A DNA stretch of 64,000 nucleotides from a virus: the IMG/VR virus record IMGVR_UViG_3300014208_000003, positions 64,001 through 128,000 of that record. One strand, written 5' to 3'. A model generated the notes under the pieces. It saw only the letters and a program-made list of their open reading frames with translations. It was not told where the DNA came from and did not search any database. A program made the position numbers and the translations under genes. Of this stretch, positions 1-9,495 are shown piece by piece (the stretch's first letter is position 1; each line of letters begins with the position of its first letter).

Positions 1-4
1 AGCA

Positions 5-295
5 ATGGCATATAACGGAAGAGCAAAAGAACTATATGGGGAATTTGCTGTAGTGAATGATTGTGGTTTTATATTTAATTATGTTCCGGATAAAATTAAA
101 AATAAGACTTCGAAATATATTGGTGTAAGAAGATTCCGAAATAAAGATAAAAAAGAAATGGGATGGACTGCTTATTATAACTCAAAATATATCGGATACT
201 TTAAAACAGAAGATGATGCAAAACAAGCTAGAGATAAATATGTAGAAAATTATAACAAACCATCGCCTGAATATTATATTGGAAACGGTGTTTAA
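5..295 (+). CDS. AP2-domain protein, probably the C-terminal part of an HNH-AP2 endonuclease truncated at the window edge
   Basis: AMAYN..AKELYGEFA and TSKYIGV..W.AY....YIGYFKTEDDA AP2-like repeats. Confidence 0.7.
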   Translation: MAYNGRAKELYGEFAVVNDCGFIFNYVPDKIKNKTSKYIGVRRFRNKDKKEMGWTAYYNSKYIGYFKTEDDAKQARDKYVENYNKPSPEYYIGNGV

Positions 296-912
296 TAACT
301 ATTCCGAATCATCTTTAAAATAAATCTTCCGGATCATTATTAGAAATATTTCCGGAAGATGCTTTTCAAATAATCAATCTCTAATCATTCTATCAACACA
401 CTAATAGTAAACATATATTATGCGCAATGTAAATTCCTTATTCCGGAATATGGTATGGAAGGATTATCGGAAATGGGTTCGGAATACTTCTAGAATGATT
501 CCGGAAAATGGTATCTGAATACTTTCCGGAAGAACTTATCGGAAGAGGGATCCGGAATATTGCTTTATAGGGTATAGCGGTTTTTTATACAGGAGGCGGT
601 TTTGGGGTGTCTAAAGGGGGTGCTCAGATTCGGAATTCTTTCAAAACATTCTTGCGGAAATATTGGAGGAATGATTAGATGAATGTTCCGGAAATCTCAC
701 ATAAAATAATTCTAGAAGTATTCCGGAAGATATTTGTGTTTTTTATTCCGGAAGATTATATTGGTATGAATTTTTGGATTTAATTTTTCGGGAAGTTTTT
801 TGGCTATAGAACTTTTTGTGATTGGTATGAAAATTGCTATGATATTTAATTCCGGAAGAATGTTCAAGAAATAATTTTGATTTAGTATTGTGATATGTTA
901 TTTTAGCGTGGT

Positions 913-1179
913 ATGTATAAAATATTTATTACGAGTGAAGAGAATAGATATCCTGTTATAGTATTATTGCGTGATGGTTGTTTGATGACATGTTATGGTA
1001 CTAAGGTTGAAATATGGATAATACAATGGTCGGATAATTTGAGAAATGAATTACAACGAGTTTATAAAGAAGTTGATATAGAAGATGTTCCGGAGATTTA
1101 CAGGGAATTGGTTCGGAACAGATTATCAGATCCGTTTTTGGATATAGAGACTAGAAGGTTAAAAGTTAAAGATGAATAA
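913..1179 (+). CDS. Small protein, DPFxEID-motif family
   Basis: C-terminal DVPE...LSDPFLDIE; part of an overlapping gene array. Confidence 0.8.
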   Translation: MYKIFITSEENRYPVIVLLRDGCLMTCYGTKVEIWIIQWSDNLRNELQRVYKEVDIEDVPEIYRELVRNRLSDPFLDIETRRLKVKDE

Positions 1180-1450
1180 ATTTAATATTGAGAATGTTAT
1201 ATGTTTCAGGGCGGGTAATGTATATGCGTGTTTTGTTGGGAAGATAATGTGTAAATATAATCTGAAAAAATATATAGCGGTTGAAATGTACAGAAAAATG
1301 ATTGGGATAGATTGGTTTTATAGGATGCAAAAAAATTCGGATGAGAGTATTACCATTCAAGAAGTTCCAGAGAATCTTCAGGAATATATTTTATCACCAT
1401 TTTTTGAGATAGATGTTCTGAGGCAATATCCGGAAATTATTTGGTTATGA
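1172..1450 (+). CDS. Small protein, DPFxEID-motif family
   Basis: EVPE...SPFFEID...YPEIIWL. Confidence 0.8.
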   Translation: MNKFNIENVICFRAGNVYACFVGKIMCKYNLKKYIAVEMYRKMIGIDWFYRMQKNSDESITIQEVPENLQEYILSPFFEIDVLRQYPEIIWL

Positions 1451-1713
1451 GATATTTTACATGGTATAATCATAAAGATCTTGTAGGATATTTGTGTTAT
1501 GCTTATGATGATAGGAAAATCTATTTACGTGCTAGTGATGAGACAGAGGATATTGAATTTACTAGTTATTATATTCCGGAGTGGGTGAAACAAGGTAAAT
1601 TAATAGAAGTTTCTGGTGATATTGTTCCGGAAGTTCTTAAGGAGAGATTTCGGAATAGGTTTGCTGATCCTTTTTTAGAGATTGATTATGAAAGGTTCCT
1701 GAATAGTTTATGA
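1441..1713 (+). CDS. Small protein, DPFxEID-motif family
   Basis: IVPE...ADPFLEID. Confidence 0.8.
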   Translation: MVMRYFTWYNHKDLVGYLCYAYDDRKIYLRASDETEDIEFTSYYIPEWVKQGKLIEVSGDIVPEVLKERFRNRFADPFLEIDYERFLNSL

Positions 1714-1997
1714 GGATATATTTAACAGAACATCCGAATTATTTTACTGTGTTTATTATTTTATTGGAGAAGGGTGATTATTTTGTTTATGTTGGATTTA
1801 AGGAAGATGAATCTGAATCCGGAAAGATTAAATGTGAAGAACTGTTTAAATCAACGACAGAAAGTTTGAAGAGAAAATATCGAGAAATTGGTGTAGATGA
1901 GATTCCGGGAGATTGGAGGGAAATTGTTCAAGGCTTTCTTTCGGATCCTTTTTTAGAGATAGATGTTCGGAGGCTATTGGAAAAGAAATTTGGATGA
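1710..1997 (+). CDS. Small protein, DPFxEID-motif family
   Basis: EIPG...SDPFLEID. Confidence 0.8.
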   Translation: MRIYLTEHPNYFTVFIILLEKGDYFVYVGFKEDESESGKIKCEELFKSTTESLKRKYREIGVDEIPGDWREIVQGFLSDPFLEIDVRRLLEKKFG

Positions 1998-2099
1998 CTT
2001 CGGGAATTGATTGGGATAGGGTTAATAGGCATGTGGGTTGAAGGAATATGTTCAGGAGTGTTTCGGGATAGGTTATCAAATATAAGAAATTTGGGATAG

Positions 2100-2390
2100 G
2101 TGTTTATGGATATTGAAAAGTTTAAGTGTTATCAGCAATCGGTTGGTTTTTATAATATTGTTTTGGGAGAGCAATCGAAATATAGGGTTAAGAAAATTGC
2201 TATTACATTTATTAAAAAATCGGAGAGGTGTAATTCTGATATTTTAATAGATAGTTGGCATTTCGAAGATTCTATTTCTGGCACCGTTATTAAGTTTGAG
2301 GAATTGCCCGATGAGTTATTGAGATATATTCGCGATCCGTTCTTTGAGATAGAAGTAGCGAGAAAGTTTCCGGAGATTGTTTGGTTATGA
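2100..2390 (+). CDS. Small protein, DPFxEID-motif family
   Basis: ELPD...RDPFFEIE...FPEIVWL. Confidence 0.8.
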   Translation: MFMDIEKFKCYQQSVGFYNIVLGEQSKYRVKKIAITFIKKSERCNSDILIDSWHFEDSISGTVIKFEELPDELLRYIRDPFFEIEVARKFPEIVWL

Positions 2391-2680
2391 AAATAGTAAA
2401 AGATAATATTGGTGTTGGTGATGTGTATAAAATGTGGTTGTTCCGGAGTGGTTCAAAAATTATTTATTATAGGTTTAATTTGAATTGGACAGGAATATCA
2501 TATTATTTATGGACAGGTGGTATTATTTATGAACACGATGTAACTTATAATTGTAATGTTGTTCCGGAGAATTTGAGGAAATTGTGTTTGAATATTCTTT
2601 CGGATCCTTTTTTAGAAATTGATTTGAGAAGGAAATATCATAAGTTGTTATCTGGTAATGATGTAGAGTGGTTTATATGA
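2381..2680 (+). CDS. Small protein, DPFxEID-motif family
   Basis: VVPE...SDPFLEID. Confidence 0.8.
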   Translation: MVMKIVKDNIGVGDVYKMWLFRSGSKIIYYRFNLNWTGISYYLWTGGIIYEHDVTYNCNVVPENLRKLCLNILSDPFLEIDLRRKYHKLLSGNDVEWFI

Positions 2681-2934
2681 AATATTTAAAATCTATTAAA
2701 GACTGTAACATGGATTATATTGTTGCTATATCTTTGAGTGAAAAACGTTATTCTAAAAGATATTATTTTGTTTTCTTTTGGGACGATAATGAATTTGGTG
2801 ATTTTCATGAAGGTATAAATTTAGATGATTACAAAGAGATTGATTATAATGCGCTTCCGGAAGATTGCAGAAAGTTTATAGAGTCACCGTTTTTTGATAT
2901 TGATGTTGAAAAGGCACGTGGGAAATTATTATGA
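2668..2934 (+). CDS. Small protein, DPFxEID-motif family
   Basis: ALPE...SPFFDID. Confidence 0.8.
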   Translation: MVYMKYLKSIKDCNMDYIVAISLSEKRYSKRYYFVFFWDDNEFGDFHEGINLDDYKEIDYNALPEDCRKFIESPFFDIDVEKARGKLL

Positions 2935-3245
2935 GGATCTTCCGGAATGAGGAGATATATTCATTGGTTTTAATTTGGAACGATAGAATTCCCGGTGTGG
3001 ATATAAAAACATTGGAAATTATAAGATGGGGTTCTGGGCATTTTGAATTAATGGACGATAGATGGGACTTGGATAGAGAAATTGGTTTAAAAGATATTCC
3101 GGAAGATGTTCGAAAAGAGTTTAGAGAATTTCTTTCGGATCCTTTTTTGGAGATAGATATTCTTAGAAATGATGAATATATAATTAATGGTGTTGATAAG
3201 GCATTGTTTTTTAAGAATTTGCAGGAATATAGAGAAAAGTTATGA
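2931..3245 (+). CDS. Small protein, DPFxEID-motif family
   Basis: DIPE...SDPFLEID. Confidence 0.8.
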   Translation: MRIFRNEEIYSLVLIWNDRIPGVDIKTLEIIRWGSGHFELMDDRWDLDREIGLKDIPEDVRKEFREFLSDPFLEIDILRNDEYIINGVDKALFFKNLQEYREKL

Positions 3246-3525
3246 TTGGGAAATATTATAATTTGGGTAATGATTGTTGTTATTTAGCACGACTTGTTGA
3301 AATAGGTAGTTCTTCTAAAGTTGGATTGTATGTAAGTATTTCTGGAAATTGGATATCTATTTACAAAGAAGATAGTATTCGTTGGTTTATGGTAGAAATG
3401 TTTTCGATGGATGGTATGCTACTAAAGATGTTCCAAAAGATATTCAAGAAGCATTCCGGAAGAAGCTTGATGATCCGTTCTTTGAGATAGATTTTGAAAG
3501 ATGGAAGAGATCAAAAGGACTGTAG
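3242..3525 (+). pseudogene. Frameshifted DPFxEID-family gene
   Basis: The ORF track frame ends at 3490, but the -1 frame from about 3376 reads ..KDVPKDIQEAFRKKLDDPFFEIDFERWKRSKGL* (TAG 3523-3525). Confidence 0.7.
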
Positions 3526-3762
3526 AAATTTTTGATAATCTAATTCCAGAAAAGGATCACGGAATTTTTCTTCAAAGGCTTTTCTGAAATGTTCCGGAAC
3601 ATCTTTTGCTAATACTTTTTTAACAATGTGAGGTGTGTTAGAAATTACGGGCATAGATAATGTAACATGTATTTTCTCACGACCAAAAATATCACGACGA
3701 CCTTTAACCAATATTCCTTTTTTCTGAACGTAATAATAAAGATCAGATTTAAAATATTTCAT
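3511..3762 (-). CDS. Small protein, DPFxEID-motif family
   Basis: KDVPE...RDPFLELD. Confidence 0.8.
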   Translation of the reverse strand: MKYFKSDLYYYVQKKGILVKGRRDIFGREKIHVTLSMPVISNTPHIVKKVLAKDVPEHFRKAFEEKFRDPFLELDYQKFLQSF

Positions 3763-4058
3763 TGTTGGTAATTTTTGGTAAGACTGTAATTGATATTAAT
3801 ATTTGTTGCTACCGGTTTTTGGATATAAGAAAAATACAGTCTCAAAGTAGTAGATTTATTGTTCTCTTTCCATCTTTCATAATCCAACATAGCAAACGTT
3901 TTCATATAATCGGTTAAAGGTATTTTTTGAACATTATATTTTTTATGAATGTTTGCACAATAGTTACCATTAAAACCTTCCCAATAGTCTTCGGATTCAT
4001 CAACTATCAACCATTCTTTATTATCGCTGGTTTTAATAGCGCATCCAATACATATCAT
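3759..4058 (-). CDS. Hypothetical protein
   Basis: ORF overlapping neighbours in the minus-strand operon. Confidence 0.6.
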   Translation of the reverse strand: MICIGCAIKTSDNKEWLIVDESEDYWEGFNGNYCANIHKKYNVQKIPLTDYMKTFAMLDYERWKENNKSTTLRLYFSYIQKPVATNININYSLTKNYQQ

Positions 4059-4992
4059 CGTAGCACTCCATTATAAAATTATCAAACCATTTTGTATCAA
4101 TATTTTCCGGAAGATTGCTTTTAGAAACTAGGTCACTTATTCCGGAAATTATTTCTTCTAATTTTTCGGCAATACCATCGTTCAAATAATGGTATTGTCC
4201 AAGTTTTATTTTGAGTAATTCCGGAGCCTGTTTAAGAGGGTATTTTAAATCACCCGTCTCTAGTATTTCTTTTATTTGATACCCGGCTCTGAATGCATGT
4301 GACACGGCTTTCCAATCGATCCCGGAATTATCTCTTGCTTGTTTTGCTCTGGTTCCATATCCTTCATAAATTCTGTGTAAAATGTTCAGGGCATATTCTA
4401 CGGTAACTGTTTCGGTAATCATTTTTCCGCAACACTCATAATGACGAAGTTCTGGTTGTTTTGGGTTAATAATATTTTTAGTTGGATAAGAGAATTCGTC
4501 TACCGGTAATTTTTCGAATATGTCTGAAATCTTCCGGAATGATTCGAATTGTTCAAGTGTCTTTATAACATTTTCTATGGAAGCTACTCTGGAACCTTTA
4601 ACACCATACTTAGCTGTTTGTGTTTTAATATAACCAAGATAACCTCTCATATTTTTGGAATAGAATTTTGAACGGTTCCTGTGAATTTCTTTCCATATAT
4701 CCGAAGAAGTTATCCAAAGATTTTCCGGAGAATGCACCATATCAATTACGCCCATTTCTCCTTGTATAGCCAATTGAAAGAAATATTGTAGTGAATATAT
4801 TTCTTCATCAACATCATCTTTAGTATTCTTTTCGTTTTGTTTTCCGGTAGTGCTATGAATAGATTTTGGGATTTTATTCAGGAAGCATTGTTCTTTTGTC
4901 GGGAGCATTACGCCTTTAAAATCGTTATCTGAATCTGGCGAATTTGTGCCATACAAGTGACTACCGAAAATTGTTTTAAATATTGTTTTCAT
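4033..4992 (-). CDS. Pol-beta-type nucleotidyltransferase, T4 NrdC.11-like
   Basis: MKTIFKTIFGSHLYGTNSPDSDNDFKG (GS..DxD motif) and DWKAVSHAFR; start refined to 4992. Confidence 0.85.
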   Translation of the reverse strand: MKTIFKTIFGSHLYGTNSPDSDNDFKGVMLPTKEQCFLNKIPKSIHSTTGKQNEKNTKDDVDEEIYSLQYFFQLAIQGEMGVIDMVHSPENLWITSSDIWKEIHRNRSKFYSKNMRGYLGYIKTQTAKYGVKGSRVASIENVIKTLEQFESFRKISDIFEKLPVDEFSYPTKNIINPKQPELRHYECCGKMITETVTVEYALNILHRIYEGYGTRAKQARDNSGIDWKAVSHAFRAGYQIKEILETGDLKYPLKQAPELLKIKLGQYHYLNDGIAEKLEEIISGISDLVSKSNLPENIDTKWFDNFIMECYDDMYWMRY

Positions 4993-5278
4993 GACTATTA
5001 TCCCTAAATTCTCTGTGTGTTGTTCCGAAATCTTTTTTAACATCTATTTCAAAAAACGGATCATTAAATTTTTCTAGTATATCTTTTGGTGGAATTACTT
5101 CGGGAAATATTTCTAATGATTCTGTTTTCAATGTACAGTACCACCAAAGAATATAAATCAAGTCTATGAAAAGCATTTTAATACCTTCCCATCCAATTTC
5201 TGTTTTTACAATAGGATAGAAATAAGTATCTGGTGGCGTCATAAAAGAAGTATGTTTGAAGGCGTGGTAAAATTTCAT
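4976..5278 (-). CDS. Small protein, DPFxEID-motif family
   Basis: IPP...FNDPFFEID. Confidence 0.75.
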   Translation of the reverse strand: MKFYHAFKHTSFMTPPDTYFYPIVKTEIGWEGIKMLFIDLIYILWWYCTLKTESLEIFPEVIPPKDILEKFNDPFFEIDVKKDFGTTHREFRDNSHENNI

Positions 5279-5279
5279 A

Positions 5280-5328
5280 AAAAAAGAAAAACCCTCCTAC
5301 TATACTTCAGAGGGTTTTAACAAGAAAA
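5280..5328 (-). terminator. Intrinsic terminator, near-identical to 50764-50811
   Basis: AAACCCTC/GAGGGTTT stem followed by a T-tract on the minus strand. Confidence 0.75.
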
Positions 5329-5332
5329 GGTT

Positions 5333-6439
5333 TTATGATTTACGTTTGTTTCCGGATTGTACTTCCATAATTCTCCGTTTAATTTCTGGATTACATAGAA
5401 GTAGTTTTTCCGGCCATGTCTTTTTATTTTCTCTGTGTCTCATGAATTGTTCAATCAGTTCTGCCATAATTTCTCCGGGAACGTCTTCAACATAATTCAA
5501 AAGGTTATTGGATATTTTACACGCAACTTCCGAGAACTGTCCACCAAGCTTATCAAAATGTGATTCGTTCTCTTCAAACCAATTACACATTTCACGATTA
5601 ACAACAGCAAGATCCTGAATATTCATTTCCTTAATATCTTTTTTAACTTTCTGATAATTAAGTAAAAGAGTACCTACATGTATTTGTTTATTCTCTCTCC
5701 AAAATTGCATGAAGGTAGCTGTTGCGGCGGCTCCTACGATACTGAACACAACATTTGATATAGTGTGCTCATTCAAATCGGAATTGTTATTAAGAACATC
5801 AGAAACTCTTTTCCACGATCTTCTTGAAGGATATACGGAACCATTAATAGCTTCTTTTCTGGAAGGTGGGTCGAGCAATGAAGTATTTTTGGAAAGGAAT
5901 CCAATTACTTTATTATGAACCTTTCTCGATAACGCCCAATCTACCCACTCATCAAAAGTAGGACGGAAATCAACTTTGTTAAATCTATCCAATAAAGCAG
6001 GATCCAAATCTTCAACCTGATAAGAACCATTATTACTAGGATTAACAGCAGCAACTATCCGAGTATTTTTTGGTAGATCTTTTCCTGCTAATCTTCTGTT
6101 CAAGCATAGATCCATAATGACTTGATGTATTTCTGGTCTGGCACGATTTAACTCATCAAGGAACAGTAGAATCTTTTCATCTGTATCTTTTGGCCACCAG
6201 AGCGGAGGAGCATAATCAGTATATACAATTCCGTTCTTCTCGACTTTATTTGGCAAACCTATTATATCACCAGCATCAGCCATTTGTCCTAGAAAAAGAA
6301 CTATGATCCGATAACCCTTTTTTGAAAAATATTCCGAAACAACTTCTGATTTTCCTATCCCGTGAATGCCTTCTAACATGATTGGTTGGTTTATCGGGGT
6401 GGCATCAATAATTTCACATGTTTCTTTTGCACTAGCCAT
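5333..6439 (-). CDS. MoxR-like AAA+ ATPase
   Basis: Walker A GIHGIGKS, Walker B LFLDELNRA, LDPALLDRF, PSRRSW. Confidence 0.9.
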   Translation of the reverse strand: MASAKETCEIIDATPINQPIMLEGIHGIGKSEVVSEYFSKKGYRIIVLFLGQMADAGDIIGLPNKVEKNGIVYTDYAPPLWWPKDTDEKILLFLDELNRARPEIHQVIMDLCLNRRLAGKDLPKNTRIVAAVNPSNNGSYQVEDLDPALLDRFNKVDFRPTFDEWVDWALSRKVHNKVIGFLSKNTSLLDPPSRKEAINGSVYPSRRSWKRVSDVLNNNSDLNEHTISNVVFSIVGAAATATFMQFWRENKQIHVGTLLLNYQKVKKDIKEMNIQDLAVVNREMCNWFEENESHFDKLGGQFSEVACKISNNLLNYVEDVPGEIMAELIEQFMRHRENKKTWPEKLLLCNPEIKRRIMEVQSGNKRKS

Positions 6440-6777
6440 TATTTAACTCCTACTGGTAAATTTGTAAATATGTCAATAAAATCATTACTGAAACAAGAAG
6501 GACATTGAGTAACATCTTTGTGAACACTTCTTCCGCAATCCTGACACCGAATAAAATCTTCACGGACATCATCAACAATAGATTCAATATACCTTTCCGG
6601 AATCATTGTACCATCAACTAATACATAATCTTTCGGAAGGAGTTTAGTAGTATCACATTCGATAGTACATCCTTCAAGCTGTTTTAACTTCGCAACAAAT
6701 TTTTGGTTCGGAAATCTCGCGCAAAGTTGATTCTGAAAATGAACGGTTAAAGCATTGTCCTTGATTTTGACTCTCAT
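6439..6777 (-). CDS. Hypothetical protein with C-terminal zinc ribbon
   Basis: CQDC...CPSC. Confidence 0.65.
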   Translation of the reverse strand: MRVKIKDNALTVHFQNQLCARFPNQKFVAKLKQLEGCTIECDTTKLLPKDYVLVDGTMIPERYIESIVDDVREDFIRCQDCGRSVHKDVTQCPSCFSNDFIDIFTNLPVGVK

Positions 6778-6902
6778 TACAAATCCTTTTCTGTTAAATT
6801 TTTATGATACTACAAGATAACTTTTAAAACTAATCAATGTCAAGTCATTTAGAATATTCTCCGGAAACATAATCAAACTATGCCTTTGAATATTATTTTG
6901 AA

Positions 6903-7274
6903 TTACTTTGTTGCCGAGTATGCTTCAATTACTTTTTCTATTGTAAAAAATTCTGGGTTGATGAATGCTAGAATTGTTGGTTCTACGTTGAAAATAATAC
7001 ACAACAAAGATATCAATACAATCAAACCACTCACCAATAATCCAACTATATAAAAAACATTATCTTCTTTTTCTTTTTCAAGGAAATTATAAAATATTCC
7101 GAATATAACTCCGAATATAGCAAAAAGACATGTACTATAAACCATTGCCAGATATTGTTTAGCTACAGAATATTTTATAAACTGTTCACTAATATTTTGC
7201 ATATGAGGAACCATTCTAGAAACAATACCTTCCATTTTTGAGAAAGCCAGATTTACAGAATTCGTGTCTAACAT
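6903..7274 (-). CDS. Membrane protein
   Basis: Two hydrophobic segments; GGAG ribosome-binding site. Confidence 0.7.
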   Translation of the reverse strand: MLDTNSVNLAFSKMEGIVSRMVPHMQNISEQFIKYSVAKQYLAMVYSTCLFAIFGVIFGIFYNFLEKEKEDNVFYIVGLLVSGLIVLISLLCIIFNVEPTILAFINPEFFTIEKVIEAYSATK

Positions 7275-7354
7275 TTTTGAAACTCCTTTTTGAATAATTA
7301 TTTTGAATCTTGTTCCGGAACATCATTAAGAAATCTTCCGGAACTATTTTTTTT

Positions 7355-8335
7355 TTACATCATAGTTACTAAATCAAATGCTTTCTGTTTCATCGTTGCA
7401 CCTGTTCCGAACATTATTGAATTCATTCTCATATCAGCATTCTTTTTAACTGCTACAGCTTCATGATCCGCAAATTGAGTAACTGCATTTAATAGACTCC
7501 ATGCTGTTCCGGAAATACCTTTAAGATTATTTTTAGGATCATTTTCAAAATTGTTTTTAACACGAGTCATTATATTCTTTGCTCTTGTACTTGCTTCATC
7601 ACCTTCTTCTTTTTTAGGAGCGAAACAATCAAGAAGGAACTGTTCAACCATTTTAGAATCAACCTGTTTTAATGCAAGATGATTAGCTATTTCTGAAAAT
7701 TTATGTGTGTATTCTGCATTGATATTTAATATTGTCTGTGCTTCCTGTATCCTTGATGAAATATCTCCTGTATGACGAATTGATACTGCATTCTTAGCAC
7801 CACGAATAGCAGCATTAAGAGTATTGTTACAAACCACTCTTATATTTGTAAAGAATGATTTTAATGCAAGTGATCCGTCATGAGAATTAAAAACACATAT
7901 ATAAGTATCAGAAACATCATCAGTACCATTTATTCTTACCTGATTTTTTGTCTTGGCTGTTGCAAATACTCTTCTACCACCAAATAAAGATCCAGCGGTT
8001 TCGTATTTTAATTCACCACAACCAACCAACGATTCAAAAAATGCAAACATTTCTGTATTCTGTATTGGTGCATAATCTTCTCCGACAACCGATAATATAG
8101 CTTTAGTATCATTGCGAACTATTGCCACTTTTTCCGGAACAGCGATATCCAAAAAAGGATCACAATTAGGAACAACCATATCCATTTTAGATACAGACCA
8201 ATCCAAATGAGCAGCTTTAATCATTTCAAAAGAACCTACATCCTGTTCCAACTTCTGTCCTAAATTGTGCCACGGTAGATTTCCCGAAAAAGCCATCTCG
8301 CTGATTCCGTTTGTATTTGTAATTTCATGTGCCAT
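7355..8335 (-). CDS. DUF932 / phage-plasmid TIGR03299-type protein
   Basis: PWHNLG, YETAGSLFGGRRVF, NSHDGS, RVVCNNTL, IRHTG, GTAWSLLNAVT. Confidence 0.9.
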   Translation of the reverse strand: MAHEITNTNGISEMAFSGNLPWHNLGQKLEQDVGSFEMIKAAHLDWSVSKMDMVVPNCDPFLDIAVPEKVAIVRNDTKAILSVVGEDYAPIQNTEMFAFFESLVGCGELKYETAGSLFGGRRVFATAKTKNQVRINGTDDVSDTYICVFNSHDGSLALKSFFTNIRVVCNNTLNAAIRGAKNAVSIRHTGDISSRIQEAQTILNINAEYTHKFSEIANHLALKQVDSKMVEQFLLDCFAPKKEEGDEASTRAKNIMTRVKNNFENDPKNNLKGISGTAWSLLNAVTQFADHEAVAVKKNADMRMNSIMFGTGATMKQKAFDLVTMM

Positions 8336-8413
8336 ATTAAAACCTCTTTTCTTGTTTGTTGATTTGTATCTGTAGTAAATATAAATGATGAAAACTCCAA
8401 AACCAAGAAAAAA

Positions 8414-8731
8414 ATGAATTTAAGACAACTTTATTTTACGTTTAGTTTGGATAATCACTTAAATCTTTTATTAACAATCACTTATGAGAATGGTTCGGAA
8501 CTTACTGTTATACCTATTCAAAACATTTCTTACAAAACAAAATATATTCAAGAACACTTATTAGATTTTTACAACAGACTTAAATCATATTCGGAATCTA
8601 TTGGAATATTACTACTAGACAGAAATATCAAAGATCCTACCACAGAACTAATTTATAGGTGGTTTATCGAAGGAAGTTTAGAAAGCATTGTTTTGAATAC
8701 TAATGAAGAAGAATTCCGGAAGATGCTTTAA
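8414..8731 (+). CDS. Hypothetical protein
   Basis: Isolated plus-strand ORF. Confidence 0.5.
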   Translation: MNLRQLYFTFSLDNHLNLLLTITYENGSELTVIPIQNISYKTKYIQEHLLDFYNRLKSYSESIGILLLDRNIKDPTTELIYRWFIEGSLESIVLNTNEEEFRKML

Positions 8732-8997
8732 CATTTTCTGCTGCCTTTACGATTTATTTCCGTCAACGCATTATTGGCAGCAATTAGAGACACGGCTTCA
8801 TCCGAAAGTTTATTACATACATCAATAAAAAAACCTACATTCATATCGCACACTGGGTTGCACTCTTCGGAGTAGTCAAAACACAGTAATGTATGACCAT
8901 CAACATCACCAAGAGCCACTGGATATGATAACCCTAAATCAATCGACCGTTTCTGTATCAATGCTTTTATTACTATTTCAACATTGGATTTTCTCAT
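8728..8997 (-). CDS. Cassette gene 3, hypothetical protein
   Basis: MRKSNVEIV start lies inside the inverted-repeat-bounded unit. Confidence 0.65.
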   Translation of the reverse strand: MRKSNVEIVIKALIQKRSIDLGLSYPVALGDVDGHTLLCFDYSEECNPVCDMNVGFFIDVCNKLSDEAVSLIAANNALTEINRKGSRKC

Positions 8998-9052
8998 CTT
9001 CAGCCTTTCCCGAAAGTTTACTTGTGTTCTGTCTTGCACAAAATGTTATTGC

Positions 9053-9161
9053 ATCTAACGTTTAGGTTTGGTGAAGTGCCAAACCACTATAATCAATTAT
9101 TCGTTTGGCATTTGGGTCGCAGCTGGCTTGTCCAGCGGAGCCACCAAACCGTTTGTTGTGC
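9053..9161 (-). repeat. attC-like site 1
   Basis: Minus strand: GCACAAC AAAC GGTTTGGTG...CACCAAACC TAAAC GTTAGAT with two internal hairpins. Confidence 0.75.
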
Positions 9162-9183
9162 GATGTAAACCATGCCACTGCCT

Positions 9184-9435
9184 TTATTTGAATCTGATTG
9201 TTGCATCTTTGAAAACTAATCCCTCTGTAACGGTTCCCTCAATTCGAGTTCCATTAGGAGATGTTGCTATAAAACCTGTTTTGTAAACATCATCTTTCCC
9301 GCCCGCAAGAAAATCATAGCCAGTGAATTGAATGTCCTTATATCCATTTGCTTCAAGAATCCTTCTTGCACTATCCTCATTAGTGCAATTAGCAAAAAGT
9401 AACATTCCGATAACAACGATAATTGTCTTTAACAT
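9184..9435 (-). CDS. Cassette gene 2, putative small lipoprotein
   Basis: Signal peptide ending LLFANC; GGAG ribosome-binding site. Confidence 0.75.
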   Translation of the reverse strand: MLKTIIVVIGMLLFANCTNEDSARRILEANGYKDIQFTGYDFLAGGKDDVYKTGFIATSPNGTRIEGTVTEGLVFKDATIRFK

Positions 9436-9495
9436 CTTTACTCCTTTTCAGCGGGTTTACCCGCGTTAATTATGCCTTGTGGCATGGTTTATTTC

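Noticed and set aside
296-912. CRISPR array
   Set aside because: Only a 6-8 bp palindrome recurs at irregular spacing; there are no 23-50 bp repeats
913-3762. Diversity-generating retroelement as the source of array variability
   Set aside because: No reverse transcriptase and no TR/VR pair with adenine-specific differences in the window
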